From Azolla caroliniana (taxonomy: Eukaryota; Plantae; Polypodiophyta): DNA of 64,000 nucleotides. The notes under the pieces were generated by a model. It had not been told where the DNA came from, searched no databases, and saw only the letters and a program-made list of their open reading frames with translations. Positions within the stretch are counted from its first letter, which is position 1, and each line of letters opens with the position of its first letter. The stretch spans positions 18,848,001-18,912,000 of the forward strand of contig JBHGNT010000007.1 in the NCBI GenBank assembly GCA_043228905.1, read 5' to 3'. Shown piece by piece: positions 1-11,109 of the stretch. The translations under genes were made by a program, and so were the position numbers.

Positions 1-33
1 TCTCTCATGACTGAATAATAAAATTGCTCAGAC

Positions 34-94
34 CTCTTGGATTTGCTTGGATGTGAAAAGACTTTGGCATCTGTTTCGGGCAAGGTCTAATAAC
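34..94 (-). CDS. CPL3: CPL3-like coding exon 4 (gene continues beyond the window start)
   Basis: Acceptor attttAG-type at 96-95. In phase, encodes RLLDLARNRCQSLFTSKQIQE. The putative donor GAG|GTCTGA is weak. Confidence 0.65.
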
Positions 95-179
95 CTAAAT
101 AATTGTTGAAAAAAAAGTGATAATTAAAATTATTCGACAAAATATAAATGTAAAACCTAAGTTTTATATGATAGAAAAC

Positions 180-235
180 CTCGGAAATGCTTCTGTCCCC
201 TCATTTTGCATTCTTCCAATAGGAGTGCTCCAAAC
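180..235 (-). CDS. CPL3: CPL3-like coding exon 3
   Basis: Acceptor ttttttgtAG and donor AG|GTTTT. The 56-nt exon is in phase and encodes VWSTPIGRMQNEGTEAFP. Confidence 0.7.
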
Positions 236-313
236 CTACAAAAAAGCGCCCAAAGCATCAGACTTCAAGATCCAATGCTTTTACAATAAAAATAGATTAA
301 AGAGCTCACTCAC

Positions 314-470
314 CTCATACGCAGCTCTTATTCCAGAGAAGACGTCTCTTGTGAATGCAATAATTTTCCTTTGATACCCTTCTGAATGCTTGAATTGTAG
401 AACTCTTTTATTGAGATCTCGAAGAATCTTAACTGCCCTTCGTAGTTGCTTACAGACGGTCATAAAAGAA
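314..470 (-). CDS. CPL3: CPL3-like coding exon 2
   Basis: Acceptor tttgcttcAG (472-471) and donor GAG|GTGAG (313-312). The 157-nt exon keeps frame with exon 1 and encodes SFMTVCKQLRRAVKILRDL...FSGIRAAYE. Confidence 0.75.
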
Positions 471-575
471 CTGAAGCAAATGGGTTGAATGATTAGAATA
501 GAAAGGCTTCATTCTCTAAAATAAGCTATGAATAGCCAAACATTTATTAGTTATATATAACAGTTTCTAACTCAC

Positions 576-1978
576 TTTTGGGCATCTTTGACACTAACAT
601 TCCTAAGCAACTCATTACATTCTGCAAAAAGCTTGTCTTTGAGTGAATCTGACATGATGTAAACGTGATCAAAAGCGTCGGAATCCCTCCTACCCTTGAG
701 ATTGGATTGTGGAAATGACATATCCAATGGATTTATTTCTCTTCCTTTTGAATACCTTGCTGGTTTATCAGACCCCACGGCACCTATTTCAGCTAGCATT
801 CCTCTCTTCCCTTCTCTCTCTCCCATTTCTAGATTCCTTTCGCCTCGTGCGCTTCGAAAATCCCTCTTTCTACTATCCTTAGCATATCTAACAGAATCTG
901 ATCGCCTTCGGTATCCCTTGTCTAGTATCGAACCTCGTCCTTCCGGAATATTTCTATACTTCTCCTCCATTTTATTGTTTGCATTCTTTGACATATTTGA
1001 TCTTTCCGAGATTCCTTTGTTGCCTCGTCCTTTCCCCCATTTTACATCAGATTGTTCTCCTCCATCTTGCAAATAAATAAAACCATCATCACTTCTCAAG
1101 AAGCTAACATATTTCATGCCTTGATCACCCACAATCCATCCACTTTTGCTTTCAGCGATGAGGTCCATGTCCTTATTCCCAGACCAGGATGAAGACTTGA
1201 GCAAAGAACCTGAGGCTGAATCAGCATCACCAATCTTTCCTTTCGTTACAGATGAAGCCTCTTCTAGAGGAGAATCTATCGTTGATTCTTTGGTGTTTCC
1301 TTGAACACCTTTAGCCCAGGCAAATTGGTAGAATTTATCAGGCTTTCCCGAGAATGGAGAAGCTTCTTTTGGCCAATTCCATCCACTCTTTACAACATCG
1401 CCATTTGATCGCTCTGGCCATCTCACCGAAGCTATGGTTGAAGATTTCTCGGGTATTTCCGTTTTCAGACCAGAAGGTTCATCTATTTCATGTGCAGGTG
1501 ATATTGGCGTATCAACATTTCCCAAACTTTCATTGTTATCATCTGAAATCTCTCCTTCTTCTGGCTCCTCAGAATGCTCCGATATCTTCTCAGATACTAT
1601 TTCTGATACCATCTCCTGAACACTCTCCAGTATTGTCTCGTGAAGAGCTGCTACCGTATTGGGTATATTATCTGGTACCTTTTCTGATATGATTTCTGGT
1701 ACACACTCAGGTAAATCTTTGGATACACTCTCAGGTACACTTTCGGGTACACTCTCCAGTACATTTTCGGGTACACACTCTGATATCTTCTCCAGTGGGA
1801 TTAATGGTACATTCTCTGGTACATTCTCCATTATCTCGACATCATTTAACATTTGTGGTTCATCAGCTTCCTGAGGTCCTCCAACAATGCCCGGTTCTTC
1901 CCCTGTATCATCTTTGAATAACTCAGATGATTGCTCAAGATTAAGATCTATTTCACAAATTAACGAGGCTTGATCCAT
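576..1978 (-). CDS. CPL3: RNA polymerase II CTD phosphatase-like 3 (CPL3)-like gene, coding exon 1
   Basis: The 468-aa ORF ends at a canonical donor (CAA AA|GTGAG, GT at 575-574). It contains EEGEISD, FYQFAWAKGVQ and LLRNVSVKDAQ. Spliced to the next exons it reads ...DAQNSFMTVCKQLRRAV...FPRLLDLARNRCQSLFTSKQIQE. This matches from memory the plant CPL3 N-terminus (EEGEI, xAWAxAVQ, S..EAxxSFxxVCxRL, RLL...F). The FCP1 phosphatase and BRCT domains would lie left of the window and are not seen. Confidence 0.75.
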
Positions 1979-2526
1979 TGAGCTTATGATCCTGTTTTGT
2001 CCTAGATAATGAAAGACTACAGAGCTAGAAAACCTAAAGGAGATTATTTTTCAGTTAAGATATGGAAAAGCTACAGTCATGGCTACTCCCGAAGGGCGTG
2101 AAATGATTCATCTTGATGCATTGTTTATCTTCTTCCGCTACTTCTTCATCTTCTTCAATACGCATGTATGATAATAAGCAGCTCACAGAGAAAACTAAAA
2201 ACTTCTTGCCTGGAACATGTTCATATATCCAAATGTTCAGTCTGTGAAAAATGAAAGCAAAATCCTTCTTTTTGAAGCTATGGTTAGACCCAAAGGATCT
2301 CTGTGTTACGTCAACGAGTTTAAGAGTTTTATTTCGGGTGGGTTTAATCTCTGTGTAGAGAAGAGACAAAACTCGGATCTGACCATGAAACAACAGATTT
2401 ACTTCGTCCAAATCAGAGCTTAAAGGGAAAGGGTTTTTTGTTTTTGTTTTTTGTCAGTGAATAGTCTCGATCTGAATAAGAAAGAAAGCTCCGAGCGGAA
2501 GCTATGGCGATGATAGAGGTTCTGGT

Positions 2527-2562
2527 TCTGTCTCTGTCTCTGTCTCTGTCTCTGTCTCTGTC
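2527..2562. repeat. (CTCTGT)n microsatellite in the probable 5' UTR of the CPL3-like gene
   Basis: Hexamer repeat visible directly. Confidence 0.85.
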
Positions 2563-2630
2563 TTCGTCTTCTGTGAGGTTTCCTCTCTGTTTGTGGGTTG
2601 TGGGCATTAGCCCTCACTGCAGAGACAGAG

Positions 2631-2724
2631 GTAAACCGTGGTTAAGTCAAGTTAACCGTGGTCAAGTCTAGCTAACCATGGTTAGGTTAGGTAACTGTGG
2701 TTAAGTCAAAAGGCCAAAGCCCAA
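2631..2724. promoter_or_regulatory. Putative proximal promoter: four ~20-bp tandem units with quasi-palindromic TAACCRTGGTTA core, followed by a site-II-like AGCCCA
   Basis: Units start at 2631, 2651, 2671 and 2691, immediately upstream of the minus-strand gene's 5' UTR. The regulatory role is inferred from position only. Confidence 0.4.
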
Positions 2725-4285
2725 CCGACTCTTCAAGTGAGGCGACCTTATAAGTTATGAGAATTTAGAAACATACCCCCTTACACTTTTTGTTAGTCAA
2801 AAAGCTTCAATCTTCATCATCGCCCTACGGATTTGTGAAGTATCAAAAAGCTTCGGTGTTCATTGCCTACGGATTTGTGAAGTATCGACATGTCAATGGC
2901 CATATGACCCCAACAGATCGTTCAGAAAAGATGGTTCCCTTGCAGATTTCAGCTCTCTTCTTTTTATACCAAAATTCGTGCATTTCATAGTTTCGAAATA
3001 CTGGCGAGATTGTTCCAGTTGAGGCCTTATGCGAGTATTACCTAAAAAAAAATATATCGTCGTATGGATGACCGAGTGTGATGTTTTGATCCCCCGAGAC
3101 ATGTTATTACTAGTTAGGTTGAAATGCCAGTTCATTATTTATAAGGCATGTAACTTCATTGTGACTCATGTCTTATATAAATAGAGTACCTCTATCACGT
3201 GTTAAAGACTTTTGAATCATTTTTTTCATGCCCTTCTTGTTCATTTTGTTGCATTCCTTAAAAGGCAATAGTCGTGATTTCACTAGTAGAAGGAGAATGC
3301 TACAAGTGATTATTGTGATTCCATATATGGGTAGAAGGAGTTTTTAGTTTGGTGCATATAAAAAAAAAATAAAGTATGGCACGAAACAAACCGCCAAAAA
3401 CCATCATGGCCAATTTAATCCATTGCTATGAACGATAATATTTTTGACCTTTTTCTCAAAGGCCTATAATGATAGTTATAATTATTCCAGTGATAGTGTA
3501 AATGGATTGTTGCTTCCAACTAGATGATTGGTGAGCTCTTTGATTAACAATAATAACATAAAAACTCTGAATAATTCACTTGTATTGATTTGAGAACTCT
3601 AATCGTGAAGGGTTGCACTCTTTATTTTTTTATCAATCGGTCGTCTACCGAAGAATCAATTGATTCGCAATTGTGCCTCCAAATAATCATTTTCTTGGTG
3701 AAGAGGACTCTAGTAGAAATGTTGTCCTCGATTATATTGACTATTCCATTTTGATAGACTTGTGAGACCTTCAGCTTTGTACTCAAGAGATTTCATACAA
3801 GCAAATACATCAAATATCATGTGTGCGGAAGGGTCAACTTCATTGATTTATCAATATCCTGGTTGGTTGTTTAATTGTTGTAGATGAGTCGCACTAGATT
3901 TTGCATACTAGATTGTAATATTTTGGTGCCATGAGGGTGTCTTAAATAAACAATACCTCGCTTGCTAGATATAATGAAAGAGAGATTTTATCATCATTGT
4001 TGAAGGTCAAATACAACCTCTCGGGATGAGAGAGGGGGAGGGATGATGATGACATTTTAATGTCTTCCAAGGGCAAAAATTTGACCAATGGGAATCAATA
4101 AAATAGTATTCTAAGAGAGTGTCATATGTTATCATAGAGGAGCTATGCACTTGTGTCTCGTGTATTTTCCTACGATCACTCACATGCCAAAGTAGAGAGT
4201 ATATAGTCATTGTTTTAATATTACCAAACAATGCCACAATATTTTGTTGTAGTATATTACTCCGAATGTATATATATGTATTTTG

Positions 4286-4571
4286 TAGGAATCAACAATG
4301 GTTCGGTTTTGGCTTAATCGGTTTGGAAGTTTTCAAACTTGAACCAAACCGGTTCCTAAATGGGTTAAGGCTTAACCAGTTTGACCAATTTGGTTCTGGA
4401 ACCAGTTTGGACAAACCGTTTAGCTTTAACCGGTTTGTAAACCGCTTTGGCCCAATCCGGTTCAGTTCGGCTTGAGTGTTGCCAAACTAAGCTCAAACCG
4501 GTTTATGAAGCTCGAGCGTAAACAATTAAACGGCTTGGTTTAGGTTTGAATTGAGCCATTTCCGACTCCTA
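4286..4571. mobile_element. hAT-type MITE (286 bp)
   Basis: Perfect 8-bp TSD GTATTTTG (4278-4285 and 4572-4579). Imperfect TIRs TAGGAATCAACAATGGTTC / TAGGAGTCGGAAATGGCTC. Interior rich in AACCG/CGGTT subterminal motifs. Confidence 0.85.
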
Positions 4572-5949
4572 GTATTTTGTAGTACTATATTATTACGAAA
4601 TGATTTTGACGGATGTGTATATGCATGTGTAAATAAATATACACAATTAAAGAAACCTTACCGTGACTTCAAATCTTTCTAAAGAAATGCAAGTTGTTTT
4701 CCACAAGGAGTATCATTGTTTGGCTAGCTCAAAGATATTGCTAGCTTTACACAACAATGGATACGATAGAATTGACATGTGTTCAATGGCATGTCAATAG
4801 GTTCGAGCCCAATAATTTATGGGCGAGGGTGACAAACTTCTAATAATCTCCTTACAATGTAATATTCAATGTTCATATTGTCATCGTACATAAATTCATT
4901 CAATGAAATCATGGAATGAAAAACCATTTGACCTTATATGTAAAATTTTCTCTTCTCGATTCTCACGGCATTGAATATTTGTCACAAGCAAACGGTTCTC
5001 TAGTGAATGGCATATGAAAAAGATGGTACCGTTCTTTTATCATAATTCCCTAGATGTGAAGTTTGCAACACACCCAAAAAGCCACAAGTTACAAAGGTCG
5101 GATTATTCAAACGCGTCATTGAGTCTATGCTTCATTTACATCATGTCTTTTGCTAATCTAATTTCTTCAGTTTCAAACAACTTGAACATAGCACATTTAA
5201 GATTATTATTATTGGTTTAATGACCAAATGGGAATATATTAATAGTTGTATTTCAAGGATTTTGTAAACTTGCAGGGCCTTCAAAGAAATGCAACGAAGT
5301 AGATATCTGAGGGGCATTTTGACAAAATCATGTTTTTTGTCAATCACCCATCTATCCTGTAAAGATAATTCATTGTATTTAGAAGCAGTGAAAACATATA
5401 TAGAATCTCCTCCATTTTGAGGCATCAAATATATATTTGGATATATTTCAACTTGAGTTTGAATGGATGGATTGGATTTGCTTCACATGAAGCAAATCAG
5501 TTTGGAAACAATCACAATCTCATGTTAGGCATGCTTGTGGCTAATAGTGTTTAATTTTCGCCATTGGGTTAAAGGTGATATTAGCTTTGGAAAGACGACC
5601 CGCATGATAAGATCATCAATCTTTAGTTAATGAACATGGAAACTAACAAATCCCCCATATATATGGCAATGGCAATTGAGTATCAACTATTTGTTACGAA
5701 ACAAGGATTAATGCTCCTATGAGATGTCATGCTTGGGGAGCTAGGAGCTGACAATAGGAGGGCAAGCAAGTAACTTGAATGGAGGAAACAAACATCACAT
5801 CAACAACATGCTACAAGAAAGGACCCATGTGTTTGTGGTTGCAAGGCAACATGTACATATCACGAGCTAGGGTTAGTTTTTTTCTTTTCTTTTTGAGGCG
5901 CATGTGATAGTAGGCATCATCACTTGGGCAATGCATGCAGAAAGGGAAG

Positions 5950-8900
5950 GGTTTAGACTGGAAGGTCAAGATGTTGGTCCAATAGATCTAATCGGTTGAG
6001 ACATGGTCGGAGCAATTGGGTTATGTGTTAGCTGATGATATGGATGGAGTGGGTGGACAAAGTGGGCATGTGTATGTAACAAGTTCGCATTCACAAGTGG
6101 AAGGATCGTGCATTCCACTTTTAGATTCCTTATACAATAATGTAAATATAGCCAATGTACAAAAACTAGATACACCAGTATCACGTCTTATTCAATCTAG
6201 TTAATGTTTTTGATATTTACTTGCCATAACTGCTAAGAGATGAAGATTGGATAGCAGGTAGAAGGAAGCATGATAGGAAATCCTCGGCGAGGACATCTAA
6301 TGGTGTAGGGATAACATCTAGCAAAAGATCACATGCAACGCATGATGATTTGCAACTTAACAAGCCAAATTTACAAATAATTCCTTTTAATAATAGTGAT
6401 ATACAACTCGATAGAGAGGAGGATTATTATATTGTAATTGACCGTGATATTGTCAAATCTATGACGGACAAACCCTTTAAAGGAGGGAATGATCATGAAC
6501 ATATGACAACTTTTGAGCCTTCCTCATTACAAGGTGAATCTCACATGGAGTTAGTTGTGGTAGAAAAGAATGAAGAGAGTAAAAACTGTGATATCTCTTG
6601 AGGATGGTCATATGGATGGGTTTCAATATTCTGGAAGGTTAACTCGGGCTAAAACAAAAGCCTTAGCAACCCATGGTAAGAATGCACAAGGATTCATGCT
6701 TGGGAAATCGGTTGTGCGGTCATATACTATGGTTATGAATGGAGGTATGATGGTGGGGGGAAAGAGCACACTCTCTTCATCAATAAAGAAGGATACATAC
6801 GCAGAAGTTGTGGCTAGGAAATCCTGGAAAGGATTCAAGATTGTTGGGCAAATCAATAAGCCTAAGAAAGTAACGATGGAGGAGAAGAGGATGAAAGGTA
6901 AACACCTTTTGTTAGCCTATGGATAATTTTCGTATTGTCTCATGGAATGTTCAAGGATTGGGTGGTGTACAAACACAAAAATTTAAGGCTAGACTTAGGC
7001 AAAACTTGCATAAAAGCTTTATGCGATTTGTAGATATGGTTTTTTTACAAGAACATCATTTGAGTCCATCAAGGGTAGATTCTTATGGATCCTTAATTAG
7101 TGGTTCTTGGACCCATTTTTGGAGTCCTGCTATTGGCGAATCCTACAATAAAGTTGTTGTCTGTATAGCATTAGCCCAAAAATGGTTCTCTCATGTGATT
7201 GACTATAGGATTTTAGTGGAAGGAAGAGTGCAAGTTATTATTGTAGAAATCCAAAATCTACAATTGGGTTTTATAAATGTATATGCTCATAATGCATCAT
7301 TAGATAGGAGGAGGTTGTGGTCTTATCTGTGTGATACTTTGCCACATGTGGATCATTGGTGTATGGTTGGAGATTTTAATATGATTGAGGATAAGTTGGA
7401 TAAAAGTGGAGGTAGCCAAGCTGTTCTATATGGTTCAGAGTTAAGCTTTTGGGAGAGGTTGTGCTTTAAGTATGGTTTTCAGGATACTTGGTACTCTTCT
7501 TCCTTTAGCAAACATGTTGAATCCTTGCAATTCTCTAGATAAAATAGACGGTTGTTGGTTGATAATCTAGCTCGATTAGACAAATTTTGAGCTGATGACT
7601 TCTTTCTAACGTTAGGAGGTTCATTACAGATATTTGCTGGGACAACTTTCTCAGATCACTCACCTCTTATTGTTACATTGAAAAATGGGGGAAAATGGAA
7701 GGTCTTTAGGACACCTATACCTTCCTCTTTGTATGTTGATGTTGTCATTAGACGAGATGTTTTAGCAATTTGGAAGGATACATGTGTATCACAACTGATG
7801 GGGTGTAATAGAGTTGCGTATGCAATTGCCAATGTTAGTAACTGGCTTTGTAGTACAACAAAGGAGGACCGATATCAACTAAAAACTAAGATATTGAGTA
7901 CTAAGCGAGCGGTTGTTTCGTTGCAACATTTTTAGCCACGTATGCCGTGGGCAACGTGGGTGATGTCTAAATTGAATAATACAATGGATAAGCTCTCTAA
8001 ACTACAAGATGCTTGGGTTCAATATAATTCATTTGCTGCAAAGTGGGCACAAGTGGGGCATAAAGTCTTTGCTGAGTTTTTCAAAATTGTAACGGGAAAA
8101 AAATCTTGTAATGGGATGAAACAACTTCAAGGGATGATGGATCCATCACGGAGGATGTTGGGGAAATGAGGAATATTGCTACATAGTTTTATAGCAACCT
8201 ATTGTCCGCTCAATGTTTTACACTTAATGAATTGGAGACTCGTCAATGTGTGTGGCAGACCATGCATGCATGGGTTTCATTACATATGACAATTGTTTTA
8301 GTTAAGCCAATTTCAATTTTTAAAGTAAGAATTGCTCTGGATGTAATTGGCTCCCATGTATGCCATGGTATTGATGGGCTTTCAACAGATTTTTTTCGGA
8401 ATTATTGGGAATTTATTGGGAACGACATTACTGTTGCATTTCAAGAGGTGTTTGACATTGGAAGTATGCCAAGTAAATGGACAGAAGGTATGATATATCT
8501 TATTCCTAATTTGGAAGGGGTTGTGGTTGATATTAGGAAGTGGCAACCTATTACTATATTGAATACTATTTACAAAATATATGCTAAGTTGTTGGCTATG
8601 AGATTGCAACCTTTTTTAATAGACATCATTCATAACACCCAAACTAGGAGTATATTGGATAACATTTTCTTATTTTGGGAAACGGTTGCAATTTCACAAG
8701 AAAGGAAAGAGGATTTAGCTATCTTGTTGTTGGACTTTGAAAAGGCTTATGATAGGGTAGATTGGTCTTTTTTGAGGGGCACAATGGAAAAGCTAGGTTT
8801 TCCTAATCAATGGCTAACGGTTGTTTCCACTCTTTACAACTAAACTACTAGTAGGGTATTAGTAGCTGGAGAGCTAGGCCAAACATTTTCAATTTCAAGG

Positions 8901-9410
8901 TTAGTGAGACAAGGATGTCCATTAGCTCTTTTGTTATATTTGATGATTGGAGAAGCTTTTAATAGTTTTCTTATAAGTAATATCGAGAATATAAAAGAAC
9001 TGCAATGGCCTTGGTAAGAGGAGCAAATTGTGGATTGTCAATTTGTTGATGATACAACCTTGTATTTGCAAGGTTCTCACAATAATCTGTGTAGAGTACA
9101 ACGGGTTATTGATAGTTTTTGCTATGCTTTTGGAACTGTTATTAACTGGAATAATTCGGTGGGATTCTGGGTAAGTACCAAAGTAAACCCCTTGTGGTGT
9201 CCACAGGAAGGGTTTCAATGGATTCCGCATGGTAAACCCGTAAGATACTTGGGATGTCAAGTAGGAATTAACCTTTCACCGGAAGATCATATAGCTCCTT
9301 TGTTGCTTGCTATAAGGAAGAAATTGTTATATTGGAATGCTGCTAAATTGTCATTGGCAGGTCGGGTTGTTGTTGCCAATCAAGTATTGTTGGCTTCCAT
9401 GTGGTACATT
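5950..9410 (+). mobile_element. Decayed L1-like LINE (ORF1 remnant plus ORF2 endonuclease-RT), 3'-truncated
   Basis: ORF2 from 6919 has APE endonuclease motifs SWNVQGLGG, FLQE, NVYA, GDFN and FSDHSP, and RT motifs WQPITILNTIYKI, LLDFEKAYDRVDW, VRQGCPL and QFVDDT. Multiple stops and frameshifts. The left boundary is approximate. Confidence 0.85.
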
Positions 9411-10581
9411 TCGAGAAATTTGGAAAAAGGTAGAGGTCTTCACCTATTTTGGGGACAGAATAAAATGGAGATATGCTCCACCAAGATGACTTTTTTCGCT
9501 CCTTGTATTGAAAGGACCATGCATGAGGGTTTCCGCTACTAGACATGTTGATTCATGTGGGTTGGAGGGTTGTAGTTTATTGTTTGGATTCTTTGTAGCC
9601 TTTGGGCATCTTTTCATTAATACCATGATGAATCTTGACTTAAAAAAGAAAAAGAAATACCAAGTTTGGAATCAACATATTTGTAAAACCATCCATTTTA
9701 AAAGTGACCAATCTTTAGGTTTATACTTACATAAGATTCATTTCTAGCAACTATCTTTAATTTAAGGTTATTCATCTGTTGGTCCTTTGTTGAGTCATAT
9801 ATTGTGATCTTGTCTCATGTGAAATTGGCAACGAATTCTAACTTCGTGCAAGTTTGGAGTTCTTTTGGTGTCATGATGTGGGAAATGTATATGAGGAGAT
9901 AAGTTGAAATAAGAATATAAAAAAGTGGAATGATAAATCGAGGGTGTGATTAAAAAGACATATTTTGAATTAGAGTTGAATACAACAAATAAAAAAACAT
10001 CAAGCATCAAATGGGAAAATGTAAAGCGTGTAAGTAGGAAAGAATGCAGGGTGCACACTAAAATAAAGAAGTACCCACTAGCTTTATTCAGGAGAGAGCC
10101 TCTTTCATCTTATAAAAGGGTGAAGAGAACGCAGACAATGGGGGGGAAAGAAAGAGAGAGACGTAGACGCTTTGCCAGATTGAGAAGTGAAGAAGCAAGG
10201 GTAGCGAATCAAGAGGGTTTGTATGACCAACATCGACAAGAGGCGACATGGTCAACGATTGTTGGGACGTTGCATTAAAACTTGAGGATCTCCCCCTTAA
10301 GCTTCACTCGTGAACAAATCTTCATTGATTATTCTTTTCTTTTTCATCATCATCATCTTCTCCTCAACATACTTACTGTCTTAGGCTTCCATTTTCTTCT
10401 TCTTCATAAAATTTAGGGTTCTTAATTCATGTTTAATTTTTGAAATTTACCACCATTGTAATGTAAAGCTTACTTTATAAAGAGAATTTCTTTCATAATC
10501 CAATGTTTTTAGCCTATATAGTGGACAATCTGGACTTAATATTGTAAAATTCATTCACAATGTCAAGTTCTTTGGGTTAAT

Positions 10582-11038
10582 TGTTGTCCAGAGGACAAAA
10601 ATGTAAAATTAGGAAATTAGCAAACGCCGAGTCTGAGTATCACGGGCTACCGATGGCTTGGCTGTGTGTTAGGGGAAAAGTTATTTAAACGAGGAGCAGT
10701 ACCTCAGTGGGGAGGAAAAGAAAATTATAGGCGGAAGCACTAGCTTAGTCATTCGTAATTAGATAAACTCGTATGGTCACCGGCCATAGGCCGTGTTCTG
10801 TAATCCTTTTTCTGCCATAGTAATATATCTTAATTGTGCCTATTGTGCTGCATGAGTCTGTGCTTTGATCCATACCTATGAGTTTCACGTCGCCACGTCT
10901 ATCAAAACCTCGCTAGTGTTTTCTCTTTGAGCCCTGTATCTCTCTCTACGCCTCTGTTATGAGCCTTCACGTACCACGCCCTTGAAGACCGATAGACGCA
11001 GATCTATCGAAGGTGTTCACCCAAAGGAACGGGTAACA
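10582..11038 (+). repeat. 5' LTR of the 11-kb gypsy
   Basis: Direct repeat of 21143-21599, TG...CA, preceded by TSD TTAAT. Confidence 0.95.
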
Positions 11039-11043
11039 CAATT

Positions 11044-11056
11044 TGGCACGCTCGGT
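11044..11056 (+). other. Primer-binding site, tRNA-Arg type (TGGCACGCTCGGT)
   Basis: Lies 5 nt after the 5' LTR. Matches 12 of 13 nt of TGGCACGCCCGGT, the complement of the plant tRNA-Arg 3' end as recalled. Confidence 0.75.
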
Positions 11057-11109
11057 TATAGCTGTGAGTGCACAACGAACTTTGTTGAAGGTAACCACCA
11101 GCCGCCGTT

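Noticed and set aside
572-575. TGA stop of the 468-aa ORF as the true gene end
   Set aside because: The TGA is part of a GTGAG splice donor, and in-phase downstream exons continue the protein.
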